This document shows, in pieces, positions 42,040 to 55,739 of a DNA stretch of 64,000 nt; within the stretch, counting starts at the first letter, position 1, and every line of letters begins with the position of its first letter. Source of the DNA: Ophelia neglecta (Eukaryota); assembly GCA_965285935.1 (NCBI GenBank), contig OZ260665.1:26660001-26724000 (forward strand). The letters run 5' to 3'. The position numbers and the translations under genes were made by a program. The notes under the pieces were generated by a model. The model was not told where the DNA came from, made no database searches, and was given only the letters and a program-made list of their open reading frames with translations.

Positions 42040-42950
42040 CTAACTAAACGACCCGCTAATACCAGTCCTTATCGACACACCCTAACGCAACGCGAAAGTC
42101 TGGATGCACTCAAACTGGTGGTTAATGATGAATGTGAGCCAGCACTGTGGTTCCTGATGATTTCCGATTTTTAATGGACGATTCTATTTATAAATTGTGA
42201 TTTATTTTGAACCAGTTTAGCTTTAAACTTGAAATCCTAGTTTCTTAAACATGATATTATTCCTAGGAGAGCGAGTTTTTATGTGTATCAACTGATAAAT
42301 AAATACCGCAATAAGTGTTCAAAAACTCGCTCATCATTTCTTTTCGGGACATTAACTTACTACGTTTTCTTAAATGGTTCGTCGATGGCGCCGTTGTCGC
42401 CTGAAAATGGCTCTGTAGAAATGGTGGATGCCAGACAGATACCGGAGAAGAATTTCTATATTCAAAAAACTGTTTTGAGAGAAGAGATTTTAGGAAATTC
42501 AAACCTAGGATTCATTGTAGATGAAACACTACCATTTGGCCAAACTACATCTGACAAATGTGTCGCAGAAGGATAGCATATGTAAACTTGATAGGCAAAC
42601 ATCGTCAATTGTTTAAATGTGTTTCTCATATATAGCAAATGTCAGTCGTGTTTTATGCAGGAAGTAAGCATTGCCTTTGAAGTTGTACCTTTCAAATCAG
42701 AAGAAAAGAAGAGTACACTATATATACATTGCCAAGAATTAATGTGGATCCCAATGCCTCTTGAAGTGTATGGTGAAAAGTCATCAGGGAGTTTAACATA
42801 ATCCATTTTGTTTCAGCTAATGGTTCTATTTCCCAATACAGACTGTACGGTTCCATCCGGTACTATCGTAAAACTAAACAAGGAGCAACCAACAGAGTGT
42901 TTACAGTCGATGGCCAAATAGGTAACCGATCCTTAAAGTTCTACACCACG
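42040..42950 (+). mobile_element. Decayed, internally deleted L2-like ORF2
   Basis: RHTL and VSQH (EN end), VFLNGSSMAP..NG, NLGFIVDETL, LYG, IVKLNKEQ, PILKVLH all in L2 order. Confidence 0.5.
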
Positions 42951-43648
42951 TTTCCATTCTCTGTGTTAGTGGTGAATTATTGCAGGGCCACAGGAAAAAA
43001 CCAAATTGAATTCTTTGTGCCATCGAGGGAAAACGTGGTGTCTTATTGGAAGCACACCCACTTTCTCGTGACGATACAATGTTTCAGTCCATATAGTTGT
43101 CGATTCGAATTGAATTATTTTGATGCCGAAACGAACAGGGGATTACCACCATAATCTCGACACCAACCGTTGCACATTAAATCTAGCCATGTGTCATTCA
43201 TGTGTAACGATTTCTTTGGTCCCAGGGCTTTCCTTGTTCCTTTTGATTCGCGGACGCGCAACAAAATAACAGTGGTTTAACTTATTCCTACGGGACTGTT
43301 CTTAAGGTACCATTCTTAGAGGAGATTACCAAAAAATTCGCTGCATCTCCAACTACATATTTACCGGGTTAAAGAGCTAAGTTTGTCTTTCAACAATATG
43401 CAGATTTGGGGTAATGTAATACGCCATTAACATAAACAAAACAGGTAATCGATACCTCAGTTAATCCCACCTGTAAGAAGCAACTCTACCCTTAATTCCA
43501 CTAGGTCTTGTTTTATTTATGATATCACTTTCCACATTTGATAGTAAGACTATAATCACACCTTCATAATGCAAATGTGTACTCAGTTGGATCTGATGCT
43601 TTCTTTTGAACGTTTAAAACAATACTTCTTCAATTAAGCAAACGCACT

Positions 43649-43946
43649 TACTTGGTTTGTTTTCAAAAGCACATAATTGATTTGTTTTCAAACGGACATA
43701 CTTGGATTGTTTTCAAATAAAGATACTTGGTTTGTTTTCAAATAAAGATACTTGCTTTGTTTTCAAATAAGGATACTTGCTTTGTTTTCAAATAAAGATA
43801 CTAGCTTTGTTTTCAAATGAAGATACTTGCTTTGTTTTTAACTAAAGATACTTGCTTTGTTTTCAAATAAGGATACTTGCTTTGTTTTCAAATAAAGCTA
43901 CTTGCTTTGTTTTCAAATAAATACTTGCTTTGTTTTCAAATAAAGA
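43649..43946. repeat. 25-bp minisatellite, ~12 copies
   Basis: Consensus TACTTGCTTTGTTTTCAAATAAAGA head-to-tail, no spacers; leftmost copies more diverged. Confidence 0.97.
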
Positions 43947-44539
43947 ATGTGATTAATACAATGTGAATAAAGTCATCCCTGTTAACCATAATTGTCAAAT
44001 AAAATTAAGCGGGGCTTATGATAGCATTCATATAAATGCTGTTGATTTGATTTGACTTAGTTTGCCACGGCTCTAGGTTTTGAACTTAAGTTACTTAAGA
44101 TGAGCAATAACGTGGAACAAAGGGTCACTCTTACTTTTGACCTTTTTGTCCTGTTTTAAATCAAGAGCTTACTTCATGGTTAAAACATTCTCTAGGTTAA
44201 CAACAAATGTACGATTTCCTTATCGCTAAATATAAACCTGCAGAGCATTTGAAAGTCAAGCCAGAAGAACGAAATGCTCCTTGCCTACTTTGTACCAATT
44301 CTCAAACTTAATACTTTTCAGATAAAGTCTGTAGTATAGACTACATGGCATCGCCAACAATGAAAAATGTAGTCAATCTTGAGGGATACGTGGTTGTAAA
44401 TTGTAAACAATTAAGCCATTCATGTTTAGGACAGATCATTTTACAAGGTGGTTATAATCCATTCGGTCTGAGGATTTTCTCTCTCGTTCGATTTGTAAAA
44501 GAAGAGTGATTGGGGGAAAATGGGTGGGAGACCGATAAT

Positions 44540-45000
44540 CTTTTTTTTAGTAGAAATGTCTGCAGATAACGTCACTAATTTTATATTCTTATCACGATGG
44601 ATTGGAAGATACCTCAAATACCTCAATGAATAGTTTAAAGCATTTGATTTGAAACGGAGGCTTGGCAAAGGTTATGCTTGAAATTAAGACATGAAAATTT
44701 AAGACTGAATAACTCTATGCCTAACCCTTGTCCTAACATTAATACCAACCCTACCCAACCCTACTGCCGAATCTAAGTTAAGAAATGTCAATGTCATCTA
44801 TCTCCGCATAACCCCCGCACCTCCGCATGAATCAATGATTGGCAGACCCTTTTCAACGATGTTTGTCCGCAAATTTACAACCGAGTCCCTGGGCATACCG
44901 GGACGAACGTATGGTATCCTCTGGCAAATGACGCGACCCTTAAGATGCAGGCGATTTTTTACTGGGATGTAATTGAAATCCATGATCAGCTCACCCCAAC
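44540..45000 (-). mobile_element. Decayed L2-like C-terminal fragment interrupted by a CCTAAC-rich tract (~44720-44765)
   Basis: DFNYIPVKNRLHLK..GMPR (ORF 44798) and PSLRFKSN (ORF 44441) match DLHWLPVK.RI.FK..G.AP and VP..RLKS. Confidence 0.45.
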
Positions 45001-45113
45001 AGGTCAAATGACTGCCATATTTAACCGACTACGTAATTTCCTAAACACAGGATGCGTGCATCAGGCGATTTCATTTAAACTGTTTGAATGAAAAACGCAT
45101 TGTCATTATCAAC

Positions 45114-45158
45114 GCATGGATATTACATGTCATAGCATGGATATTACATGTCATAGCA
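45114..45158. repeat. 21-bp perfect tandem duplication
   Basis: GCATGGATATTACATGTCATA x2 plus GCA. Confidence 0.92.
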
Positions 45159-46789
45159 GATCTAGTCTTGTATGGCTTTCTCGATCTAAAAATGAAATGA
45201 TGGGTATTTTGATCTATACTAATATTAACAGTAATATGGCATTAATCTACGCTCCTTTCTATTCACATTACACTGTGTGATAGAGGACTTGACATCGGGG
45301 CCTCGGGGGGGATAGATCAATAGGCAAGAATCCTGTTAATATAATCACCATACAATTTAGTGAGTACTTTATTTGTTAGAACCATATTTCAAAATGTAGA
45401 AGTACCCGAATATAGGATCGATGTTAAACTGTTGACGGCTTCAAAGACCCGTTTTATCTATTGATTAAATCACTAACTTTTGTAAAACAAATTGTGCTTT
45501 ATAATAGGAGCAAAGATTTCTGATATGAGCCGTTAAACCCCAAAATCCAAATACAAAACCAATTGTATACTGGGATCGCACAATGGAAGTGTCGGATGAA
45601 TGTTTGGATGTAAAAGTTCTACCTGTGACATTTCTAACTATCCATTTCCAGCTATTTTTTCCTATTTTGGATGCGAACTTTGAGTTTTCGCTGCCCGGTG
45701 CGTCAGTGTATTATTGATTATTTGGTGTCGGTCATTCTGCTACATGACGACAGAGACAAAGAAATTAAGATCTTTTGTGGGACAATAAACATAGATTGAA
45801 AAGAGTCTTTGTTCAAACGTATTTGACCCCAATTGGTACACAAAAGGGTTGTGCTATGACGGATCACTAGCGGACAGTGTTGGACCCCTGTGCGAACGGC
45901 TCTGAATTAGATATCATCTGGCTCCAGTAATACAGAATAAGACTGGTTTAAACGCATTCGTGGGAGGAATAGCAAAATCATTTAAAGGTAAAACATTGAC
46001 CTAAAACATTTCCGCCATCCAACCTTCCAAACAATAAAATCTAAGGCAATAAAGCAATACAAAAGATTCTAGAATAGAGACAAGCTTCTTTTGTATGCCA
46101 GTTGTTGGAACTCTAGTTCCTTTGTTGTGGAAGCATGTGCCTTGAGCGTATGATCTGAATAAACAACACTGTGACTACGGGGCTGTGAAAGTTTCCACGG
46201 TAATTTACGGATTCCCTGATGGCATCCAATTTAGCTCTCATGGTTTTTTTTTTACTCTAACACTAACCCATTTTTGGCGTTAGTGGATGAAGCCTAAAGG
46301 AATCGTTACTGGTAAGTTTCTTCTTATATTCGTTGGTTTTCTGACATAAATTAACTATTGAATTATCAGAGCCGATTTTTTTTCACCATTAGCTAACTTC
46401 GCTGATTTGCGTTTTGTCAACGAAATCACTCACCATTCCCAAACAAGATGCGTATAACGAGGTATTAGTAGCAACCGCATTCTGTGTGGCCAACAAACAA
46501 AACAGAATCTACCAATAGGGATATGGATTATTAGTTTTGATGATAATATAGTAAGTATATAAAGTAACACATAAGACTAAGTTTAAATATTGATTTTAGT
46601 ATGAGAAGTTCTCATTGTAAATGAGTGTCAGTCGGATATCCACTCCCTGTTTTCACTGGCCTCTCCACTCATCTTTAAAATACTGAATATCAATGAGCCA
46701 ATAGAAATAAAACAGGGCACATAAGAAAACTATTCTTTAATGGAGTGAACACGACTGCCGACAAAACTATTAGAAATAAAAATTGTAGG

Positions 46790-47440
46790 ATTCCATGTAG
46801 ATAAGGTCCCTTCTGTGGGAATGGAAGGCCTGTTTGGTGTAATTAGGTTAACATATTGTATGAAGTCAATGCCGCTTCCGATCATGCGCTGATGGAATCT
46901 TACACAGCTAGGGCCAGCGCATATAATGAGCATTTACGTAGGGGCTTGTTCAAAGAATGGCCTGGGAAAATAATTCTTATATATCTTAAATTGAGAAGCA
47001 AAGAATTACAAGCAGAACCCCTAAATGAGACTAACCCTACACTCATGCAGTTGTCTATAAAGTTTCATGATTGGAACGCCTCGTATATTGTTGATCGCGT
47101 GTTATTGTTTTGTCTGTGCACTGAAGTTGTGTCGTCTGTACGAACCATTAGTCGATATCGTGGTTTTGAATTGCCATCCATTCAAGGCCATTCGGTTGCT
47201 AGCCGGCGAGGAACACGGAGAAAATGTCTTTTCTTAACGACAATGTAATAGCTGCCTTCTGTTTCTTTTTGTCTTTGCGATTTGTTTTTGCAGAGAACGA
47301 GCATTTCTCTATTTGTGGTACTAGGTTGGTTCTAATAAATAAACCAAAAATATGAATTCAAACATTTAAAACAAATACAATTGTATGCAACGTAGCTATG
47401 CAAAATGGTAACACAAGAAGCTGTGGCCATCTATCAGTGC
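46790..47440 (+). mobile_element. Decayed L2-like endonuclease end and linker
   Basis: FHVDKVP..GVIR, ASDHALM, IVDR, RRGTRRK, KKLWPSI match QHV..PT..LVITR, SDH, LD.HAP, KR..RK, K.LW..I. Confidence 0.5.
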
Positions 47441-48929
47441 GTGAACTGGAAGAAAGAGCGTGCACGTGCTTAGCTACACTTACGAAGGAATATTTCCATT
47501 AAACTGACCCTCATTTGCCAAAAAACATCAGCATGACAAATGTATTTCCTATTAATCTTGAGACACTAGATGAACAGGTAATTCATCAAGTGAAACAATC
47601 TACCTGGAATATTGGCTGACAAGATTACAGACCAAAAAAAAGCAGCGAGAACACTATACTCTGTCTTTTCCACGACAGTAATAAGAGTCAATGGCCTAAT
47701 TTACAATCCCCTACTTTATTTCTCCTCCATTCTTTCGCAAATTATGATCAAACTGAAGTAAATAAGATTGGCCACTGTGGAATTGCGCCAAGACGAAATT
47801 GGCCTTTTCGCCTCTGGCCCGAAATGACTCGCTAGTCCATTCATCAAAATTATCGCTAAATGGTTTTAAGATCACAAATAGTGAGCGTATACATTTAACG
47901 GATAAAGACCTAAATGAACCGGTGATGCTTTATATGCAGTGCTGCCTGCAGGTTATTTAAAATCATGTGATATGATACTACTTACAACATAATTGGCTTT
48001 TTACGGTTATCGCGCACATACTCTGAATAATCTGGTGGGCTCTTAGTTTTAAAGTGGGGACAAAGATGCAGAGATGGTGTTCGTGCCAGAACTGGGTTAT
48101 TATTGCAAGTTTAACATTTTTTTATCACAAATAAAGAAATGATGTTTAATTTTTGTTTAATGAAGGGATTATTTCCGCCCACAAAATACCTGTTATAACG
48201 ATTGCACCGTGGTTTGTTTTTGAGACGATTGGGACAAATGTTGCTTTAATAATCCCCTCATTTATTAGTATGTAGTTTCAGTGAATATGTGACGTGCTGA
48301 TGAGAAGCAGGATGTGCATGACTAGATGCGCGAAATATTTATTCCTGGAATGACACATTTAAAACCTGACCAGAGTTTCCTCCAGTTCGCCGGATCACCG
48401 GCGAAGTCGCGTCTATAACAAAGGGGCCAAAAGTAGTAACCGCACAGCCTTAGGCGACTCCATCAAGCTTTGAGGAAGAAGAAATCATTATCCGTGATAA
48501 TTGAGTGTTCTAATTTTGGACTCCCTCTGCTTGGTGGTCCATAAATACAAGATGAAAAGATTGGTGCATTCATTTTATGGTAACTAATACCGTTCTGATC
48601 TTATCAATTTCAGTTATTAATTATGGGATTTAACCAAGATATGGCATCTATGCATTACAATATCTGTTGGCCCCGACATGCTATATTGGGGTCGTCTTCA
48701 AAGTCTGTACAGATAGCATTGCACTTAGCCGGCTTACATCCGCGAACGGGACGTCGACACTGAATTGCGTCGGCAGAACACCGTGAGGACATCGGCAGAT
48801 GGTTTTTTTTAATCAGTTGGCAGTACGTTTTCCAACGGTCAGCATAGGCGAAAATCGGCAAATGTGTAGCTAATCATTTGGCGTTTAAACAAGTTTGAGA
48901 GCAAGCAAACTGACTTGCATATACTTGTG

Positions 48930-49075
48930 ATCAGACCACCTGCTAATTCAGACCCCTAAATGAGGATTTTTTTTGCATACTTTCAATGTTGAATAACCCG
49001 TCTAAACAGACCACCCCAGAAATCAGACCAGCATTTCCAATTCCCTTAGGTGGTCTTATTTTACAGGTTTTACTG
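48930..49075. mobile_element. One end of a pogo/Tc1-mariner-like MITE
   Basis: Terminus GGTGGTCTTATTTTACAGGTTTTACTG followed by TA; subterminal CAGACCACC-type repeats at 48932, 49007, 49024; other TIR not found. Confidence 0.55.
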
Positions 49076-49514
49076 TATATTGGTTGATTGAAATCGAGGC
49101 AGGGTATATTACCTCATAATTGGCTTGGCCATATAGCCTTTTTAAAACCTACAACGGAAATCATTTTAGGTATTGTTTAGTCTAATACTTCTTAGAACTT
49201 TGTAAATAATGTTACTTTTAATACATTTTTCCACCGGTTTTTCAAACGACAATTTTTGTAGTTGAAAAATTTGACCCATATGAGTTCAATCCTTGCTACT
49301 TGTACCGATAATATATTTGCCAATAATTTCAGTTCCAATTGTAGCTCTTTGTAAGAGTTGGCCATTTGGCATATACATTAAACAAAATAGCATGCTTGAT
49401 TAGAAAAAGATGTTGACCAGTCTATATTAATTGATAGTTCACTAGAGTAATCATTGTCTAAGTAAAGGTTATGTGCAGATGATCGACACTATGGCTCATG
49501 CTAGGAGAATGTAA

Positions 49515-49805
49515 GAATGGCACCAGTTGTTTTTATGTTTACAGGTTACGTGTTCTTCACAAGATAAATGAGGTTCTAAATGGGCTTCAATGAGCCTGCA
49601 CGAAATAACAACGTTATAGTTTTGCAAGATGTCAAAGGAATTGCTGAGAAAGGACAAACATTCAAAAGATATTTTTTGCATTCCTTGCATAAGAGACAAA
49701 CTTTGCTGCTCCTGAGTATTTATTTTCTTAAGGGGGTTTTTCTTTGCGGATATATTATATTTCTAGAAACTAATTTAAATGAGCAGTTTGACAAAATATA
49801 CCTTT
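49515..49805 (+). mobile_element. Possible decayed hAT (Buster/Charlie-like) transposase fragment
   Basis: EWHQL, KINEV, MSLH, NNNVIVLQDVKG..EK, TNLNEQFDK resemble W...LAYL.DIF.KLNELN.SLQG.N.NI...DK.K.F..KL ... HL..L...F..YFP across frameshifts. Confidence 0.38.
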
Positions 49806-50181
49806 TTTTCGAGTGACAGACTTGTACATCATGTTAATTGGTGTTTCCTTTATCAGTATTTAGTTTAGGAACAAAATGGCTAGACTTAAGACCAAATGCA
49901 GATTCCAAAAGCTCCGATTAGCAAGTTAAGACCGCCTAAGTACTTTAATTCTGTTTTTAATCCGAACCGGAAGTTGCAACCTTTTCAAGAAAACAGGAGA
50001 TTTCAAATCATATAAACGACTATCCTGAGTTAACATTTCTGCCGAGTCTGCCGGTTAGCCACTCCTGTTTTAGAATGTTGTTTGAAATTGTACAATGCAC
50101 CAGTAGGCACAAAGCATTCATCAATGAAAGGTAAAAGGAAACATTATCAAGATGGTCTCTACCAACAGAAATCGACTTGTT

Positions 50182-50220
50182 TATCCCCAGTTGAACCTAT
50201 ATCCCCAGTTGAACCTATAT
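50182..50220. repeat. 18-bp perfect tandem duplication
   Basis: TATCCCCAGTTGAACCTA x2 plus TAT. Confidence 0.9.
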
Positions 50221-50609
50221 AATAGATGTTATAAATAATATGCCAGTAAAATTCAAAAAGGCGGCTGAAAGATATTTGAATGAATACAGGAGGCAAAGGT
50301 AAAAACTAACACAACATAGCAGATAAGAGGCATGGATACGAGATATATAGCAATATGTATTTGGTATGAGGTGGAGTTAGGGTTAAGGGTGTATTGTTTC
50401 GGTTTGATTGTTAGCCAAGCACTGGCTGTACACCTGTCACGGCCAAATTCTAATTAACTTGTTATTTTCTATTTTATTAATTTCCTATATCAAAGTTAAT
50501 TACATTTAGGAACGATTATAGCGCCGTGTGTCTCCTCCTTAAAAATCCTTTTCAATCATTGAAGCACTTCATACTGAGTTTTTAAATCATGTTGTGATTT
50601 TGTGGCATT

Positions 50610-51160
50610 GTGTCGAATAATGTTTTAAAGAACCTGTAGACAAATAAACTTCATGGACATATCTTTCTTTCGTATTAAATAACATGGGACAGCAGGCCTG
50701 CAAGATTCCTTTATAAATAATCCTTGCTCGTGACGTAGGTTTATTAGTAAGAATTGAAAAAAAGAAGAAAAAAAGTCTTGTTCCTTGGTAAAGAACATCT
50801 GGAAGCAGGTTTCTAGCGCTTTGCTAGACAAACACCTGACTGATTTGGCTTATCAGTTGTCATATTACAGACGTCAGTTCTATTGCTCGCAACTTGCCCA
50901 GTAAGACTGCATCATATTGTTACATAAACTTGTTGGTGGTATCATTCTGGATGGTTTATCAGGAGACTGCTGTGTATTTGAAGGGAAGTTGTGCTCTCCA
51001 AAAAGTTGATCATTATATTTGTATAGAAATGCATTGCTAGTAATAAACTCCTATGGATATGTGCTCATTGTATGACACCCACAAAACCATTGAGTGACAA
51101 GAAACCGCGCATTTACCTGCTTAACTTCCACCAACTTACTGCGCTCTGGCATCAGGGCTT
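50610..51160 (-). mobile_element. Decayed CR1-group RT fragment
   Basis: SKLVEVKQV..FL, QWFCGCHT, DAVLLGKLRAIEL, LAGLLSHVI match SKILE..Q..L, Q.GFR..HST, H.ILL.KL.AIGL, LGPLLF.I. Confidence 0.45.
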
Positions 51161-51299
51161 TTCCCAATAAACGTTGCAAACAATTACTTTCAGAGATTTG
51201 AATTTTATTCAGTTCTCTTATAACAAAGCACATCAAATTTTAATTTGACAAAGTCAGATAGCCGCTTGTCATTTCAAATTATAGAATATATTATTTCAA

Positions 51300-51910
51300 A
51301 CGGCCATAATCAAGGGGTTTCAATTTGTTTTTTCCGGTTAGTGCCAAACACTAGTCTATAAATTCTGCTGCATCTGACGAGCTCAAAGTTAAGGGCAAAA
51401 CACAAGCCTTGTCAATTTCAAGTGCAATAAATAAACGATAGTTGCTCAACCCGCAGGACACCAACCGGTTTTTCCTTTATCGCCTTCAGCTTACTGGCAT
51501 GACAACGACATACGAATGTCTCAGTCAGTGGCATTTCCGATACAAGTGTTCCCGACTTTATCGACCTTCAAAGTTTAGCTTGAATAAATATGCCAAACCC
51601 CATCAATTCCCTAATCAATCAAGATCTTACCATGTTTTGTAGAATCAATAGGTCCTCATTTAAGAATATTAAGAAGAATACTAATATGCCAAGGCCAATT
51701 TCTAGTTTATCTCCAGTTCTGTTTTGACAGCCTGGCCAATTAACTGCCTGGCTGTGAAGAAGTACAAATAAATCGGGGGTGGTTGTCGATTTAGTTCACT
51801 GTAGACTTTTGGTATCTGGACTTAGTAGCTAGTCTTTTGGAGCTTTAAAGAAAAAGAGTACGTGCCGCTGCCAGTATGAATCAATCATTTCGGGATTACC
51901 ACTTTGACCT
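51300..51910 (+). mobile_element. Decayed L2-like RT C-terminal half and thumb
   Basis: NTSL*I, PCQFQVQ*IN, LLNPQDT, HLRILRRI, HCRLLVSGL, RAAAS match DTQLY, CL.DV..WM, KLNP.KT, HLRNIRRI, YCNSLLSGL, NAAAR. Confidence 0.5.
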
Positions 51911-54280
51911 GATTGGAATGATGGCCATTCAAAGGCCATGGAACTGTGACACAGATGCTACATGGCCTGTTTCAGTGGCCGAATCTCACTTGTAACAAAT
52001 AGCTACAAAAGGCCAACGAAGCATCTGGGCTTAAGAGGTTATTGAAAGGATGCAGGATACTGCCCGGAAAATCACGCCGCACAACGTGTCTTGAAGAAAC
52101 AGGTTGGATATGGGGCACTGTTTACAGGCATATCAAAGTTCCCTGAACAAAACCGTTCAAACATTTGCGCGTATACCTCCTCATTTAAAAGAATAACGCT
52201 CTTCGCGGACTGACACGCACTGCTGCTCATACTCTCCATGTTTATGCACAATGATTTGAAAACAAGCTATTCTACGGAAGATTGTATGTATTGTTAACTA
52301 GAAAATTCAAGATCAAGAAAAGCCAGTTGAGTATGAGTAAGCGGCCGGCTATGTTTGTACGTGGCTATATGCTGTGCGTATCATGGGGGTTTAGTTTTAG
52401 ATAGATACCATGGACAGATGGAGGTAACTGGTCGTATGATCAATTCTCATCATATATATACATTTGAATTTTCTATATCAATGTTAAATTTTTGCAACCA
52501 TTCTCCTAGACTAGTCAAACAGACCTAGAACTGGCTCTTACATTAGTTTAACGCCGTTCCCTTAATGGCAATACATTTCCTTTCGTCTTAAATGGCTAGC
52601 CATGCATTAGGGCGGAAATAGCTAACATGTTCCTCTTCAAATGCCATCAAGTGTCTAGAAACCGCCGCTGTTTTAGTGCAATTCCTTCGTTCACTGGCTC
52701 TAGGGGCATAGCCGTAACTCTATATCACATCTGCTCACATGTGATCTACTTTTAATGTATTTGCAGCAATTGTGTTGTGCCGAGTAGAAATTAACACTAG
52801 CAAGGCGTCGAACAATGGTAAGAAGTACATTTACAGTGACAGGCCATCTGTTCAGAAGGCCAAACTATAAATGAAACTATCATTGGGGACTTGTGGCTAC
52901 ACTTTTTTTTGTGATCATTATTGTTCGCTTTCAGCAGTGGAAAAGTTCGCTTATAAAAAAAGGTTTTAAAAAAGGCTCATTTAGATTAATAATAAGATTT
53001 ATGGGGATCATAGCAGCTACCATGTGTCACTCAAAATCTAACATCAAGGAACAAATGACGATAGTTCCTCCATTAGAATTCGAGGTGTCGTGAGACGGGG
53101 CAAGGGCGGTTTCTTTAACAAATCCAATTATGACAATTATGGTGTCTCGGAGTGTTAAAGAGGTGTTATAATAAACATAGTTAAATGAAAAAGTTTAGAA
53201 AAAAATTAAAATACAACAGAAAAATGTTTAAGTCCCGAACGCGTTACTAAATAAGAGCACTTAAGCACTCGGTCTTTCCAGAATATTCAATTTTTTATAG
53301 TCACTGTCTAAATAAATATATTTTAATTAGATTAAGAAAGGACTTGTATCAGATTTCTATGGCTTTCTCTTATTACTTACTTAGACAAAACACTGTACTG
53401 TCCTGAAATTAGTAATAGCACATGTTGGAAGCCAATGTATATTTTCCTTATGTATGTCCCATTACGTACATCCCCATTTCCCACCCAGAAATAGAGTACA
53501 TAACGCTGATTATATGAAATGAACAGTAGCCAACAGTTTAGTATGATACGAGTCAGATCATCGAATCCCCAATCAGTGGTCAACGCAGGGCAGAGATGAA
53601 ATCAACTTGCATAATAAGACTAGAGATGAAATTGCCTCAATTCTCACAATATTTAAGTGGGTTGTGCAAGTAAAATGGTCATCGATATTGTATATTGACT
53701 ATGCTTTAAAGGCCTGATAACATTCTTTATATATTTAATAATACAATTTTCATTAAACAATGAAGTAGTGTCATCGCAGATTGGACTCATAATGGAGCAT
53801 GTACCCTAAAATAAAACGATTCGAAGTGAACAGTTTCAGCAGTGCAACTACAAGGGGTCAGCTTATTACATAAAGCAATGATAAACAGTATAAATTGTAA
53901 CTAGGACAAAGCAATGTAGTGACATGAAGAATTATATCAGATGTCGGAATATCAAAACAGTAAATGTAGTTTGTTTGTCAATGATCATTTAAAGGTTATA
54001 ATGGAAAGGTCACGGTCTAAAATACCAGACACAAAATCAATATCAACACACCGCGTATTTTGGTATTATATCCTGGAGGATACGTTAGAACATCTACATT
54101 GAGGGTAATCATGTCATCAAAAAGCGTAGGCAAGGTACGTTTATGTATTTTAGACATACAAATAGTTGTACACTATGTATAATCTTTACTAGATGGATTA
54201 GTTTTAGTAGTTCGAATAGGCATATAGTACGAGCATGATACGCTGCAGAAGATATAAGTCGCATAGTTCCTTGCTCGAGC

Positions 54281-54645
54281 GTCTATGGCGTACCCTGCTC
54301 ACATTGCCTGGTGTCATTTATTCCGTCCTTGTCGAGTAGTATATAAGGATCTGTGAGCATAATACTATGGTGAAGCTACGACAGAATTAGTGGCAGAGCT
54401 CCAAGCCTCAATACAATAGGTCCGATACCAGAGCCTAATGTGTAGTGAGAATGGATGATAAACCAAGTGTCTTAAGGTATTCAAATGACTATAGCAATTG
54501 CTACACTTTAAGAGAACAGATGTTGATATTGAGCCATTCAGGGAGTTTAGTAAGATCCCTTTTTATAATGTTGAACGAGGCATCCAACTCTATGATAACA
54601 ATTAACAATATCAGTGCATCGGCAAATAATACCAAAAATAACGCT
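54281..54645 (+). mobile_element. Decayed L2-like RT core and thumb
   Basis: YGVPCS, YYGEATT, VRSLFIMLNEASNSMITINNISASA match YGVPQGS, FYADDTQ, VRNLGV..D..L.M..HINNI..SA. Confidence 0.55.
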
Positions 54646-55439
54646 GAGACACATTGATCATATCTTTGCTATATAGGAGAAATAACAAAGCACCCAATGT
54701 CGACTATTCATTTTGTTTTTTCCGTCTTATAGTTTCCTATCTTTGTGAACTTGTACAATTCGAGAATGTTGAAAAATGTGGAATTTTTACTCGTGTTATT
54801 CATAGTTGATCTTCTCTAGCTTCATATTATGCTCATAACCATTGGAAATGAATTTTAGGACCAGCACATTACATGCTCTGCAGAACAATAATGTCTATAT
54901 GAGTTAAAAGTCTGAAAGTTTGAAACCAAAAAGACGGTAGGATAGTCGCAGAAACAGCAGTGCAGCAATGAATCTAGATGATACAACAGATTCTTACTAG
55001 AGAATTTACAAATGACCAAATAGTGATGTGTCAGCAAAACTGAAAGAGATTTGCCTTTTTAATGTATAAATCCTACAAATAATCGTTAAATTTAAGTTTC
55101 TTGGCGAGTAAACCTTTGATATTTGTTAACAAACTCAGCAAAGATAACATTGATTCCAAGCATCAAAAAAATAAGTTTTCCTAGTATGCACTCTGACGAG
55201 ACGTATCAAATTGGTTATATATTGCATATATAATTATTAAGCTGTTTTTGCAGATTTAGGAAAACTGTACCTGATGATAGCATGAGATTAGTTTAATAAA
55301 AGTAGAGCTTTCGTCTGGACATCATTGGGTATGGTTGGGGAATTAATGGTAACATCTGTCATCTTTCTCTTTCCACAAGCAAATACATATCAAATGGATT
55401 AGATGCCTTTCGGAAACGGTCAATAAATTGCCAGTCTGA

Positions 55440-55644
55440 TTTAGCAGGAACCTGCCAAATCATTTGACTCGCCTTTTCGTGAATCTGGAGTGGATTTACA
55501 TAAAAGCATCTGCTCAGTCGCAATGCGTTGGCTTGGTTCGCAATCAAAAACAAATAGCGTTTTTCCCGGAACAATTGTGCGCCTTGGGTTGTGTCTGAAT
55601 ATGAATCCTACAATTGGCCGGGGGGAGAGTGCATTATTATACAT
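55440..55644 (-). mobile_element. Decayed L2-like EN-RT linker fragment
   Basis: YNNALS..VPGKTLFV..RKGE resemble YN..L...APLKT..V..RKAE. Confidence 0.35.
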
Positions 55645-55739
55645 GTATAGAAAATGGGTTAACAGCTAAGCATTCATCTCGAAAATGATACCATATCGTG
55701 CATTTTTCACCGAATATGGAGCTAAATAATCTGATACCC

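Noticed and set aside
43649-43946. CRISPR-like periodic repeat
   Set aside because: Head-to-tail units with no unique spacers and no cas genes; a minisatellite
49610-49660. VIVLQDVKGIAEKG resembling the ribosomal protein L9 N-terminus
   Set aside because: The following GYARN motif is absent and flanks fit a transposase remnant better
51374-51413. Hammerhead-ribozyme-like motif CTGACGA-GCTC..GGGC-AAAAC..GTC
   Set aside because: Catalytic G12 is A, stem I does not pair, and the stretch lies in frame within an L2 RT remnant; most likely coincidence
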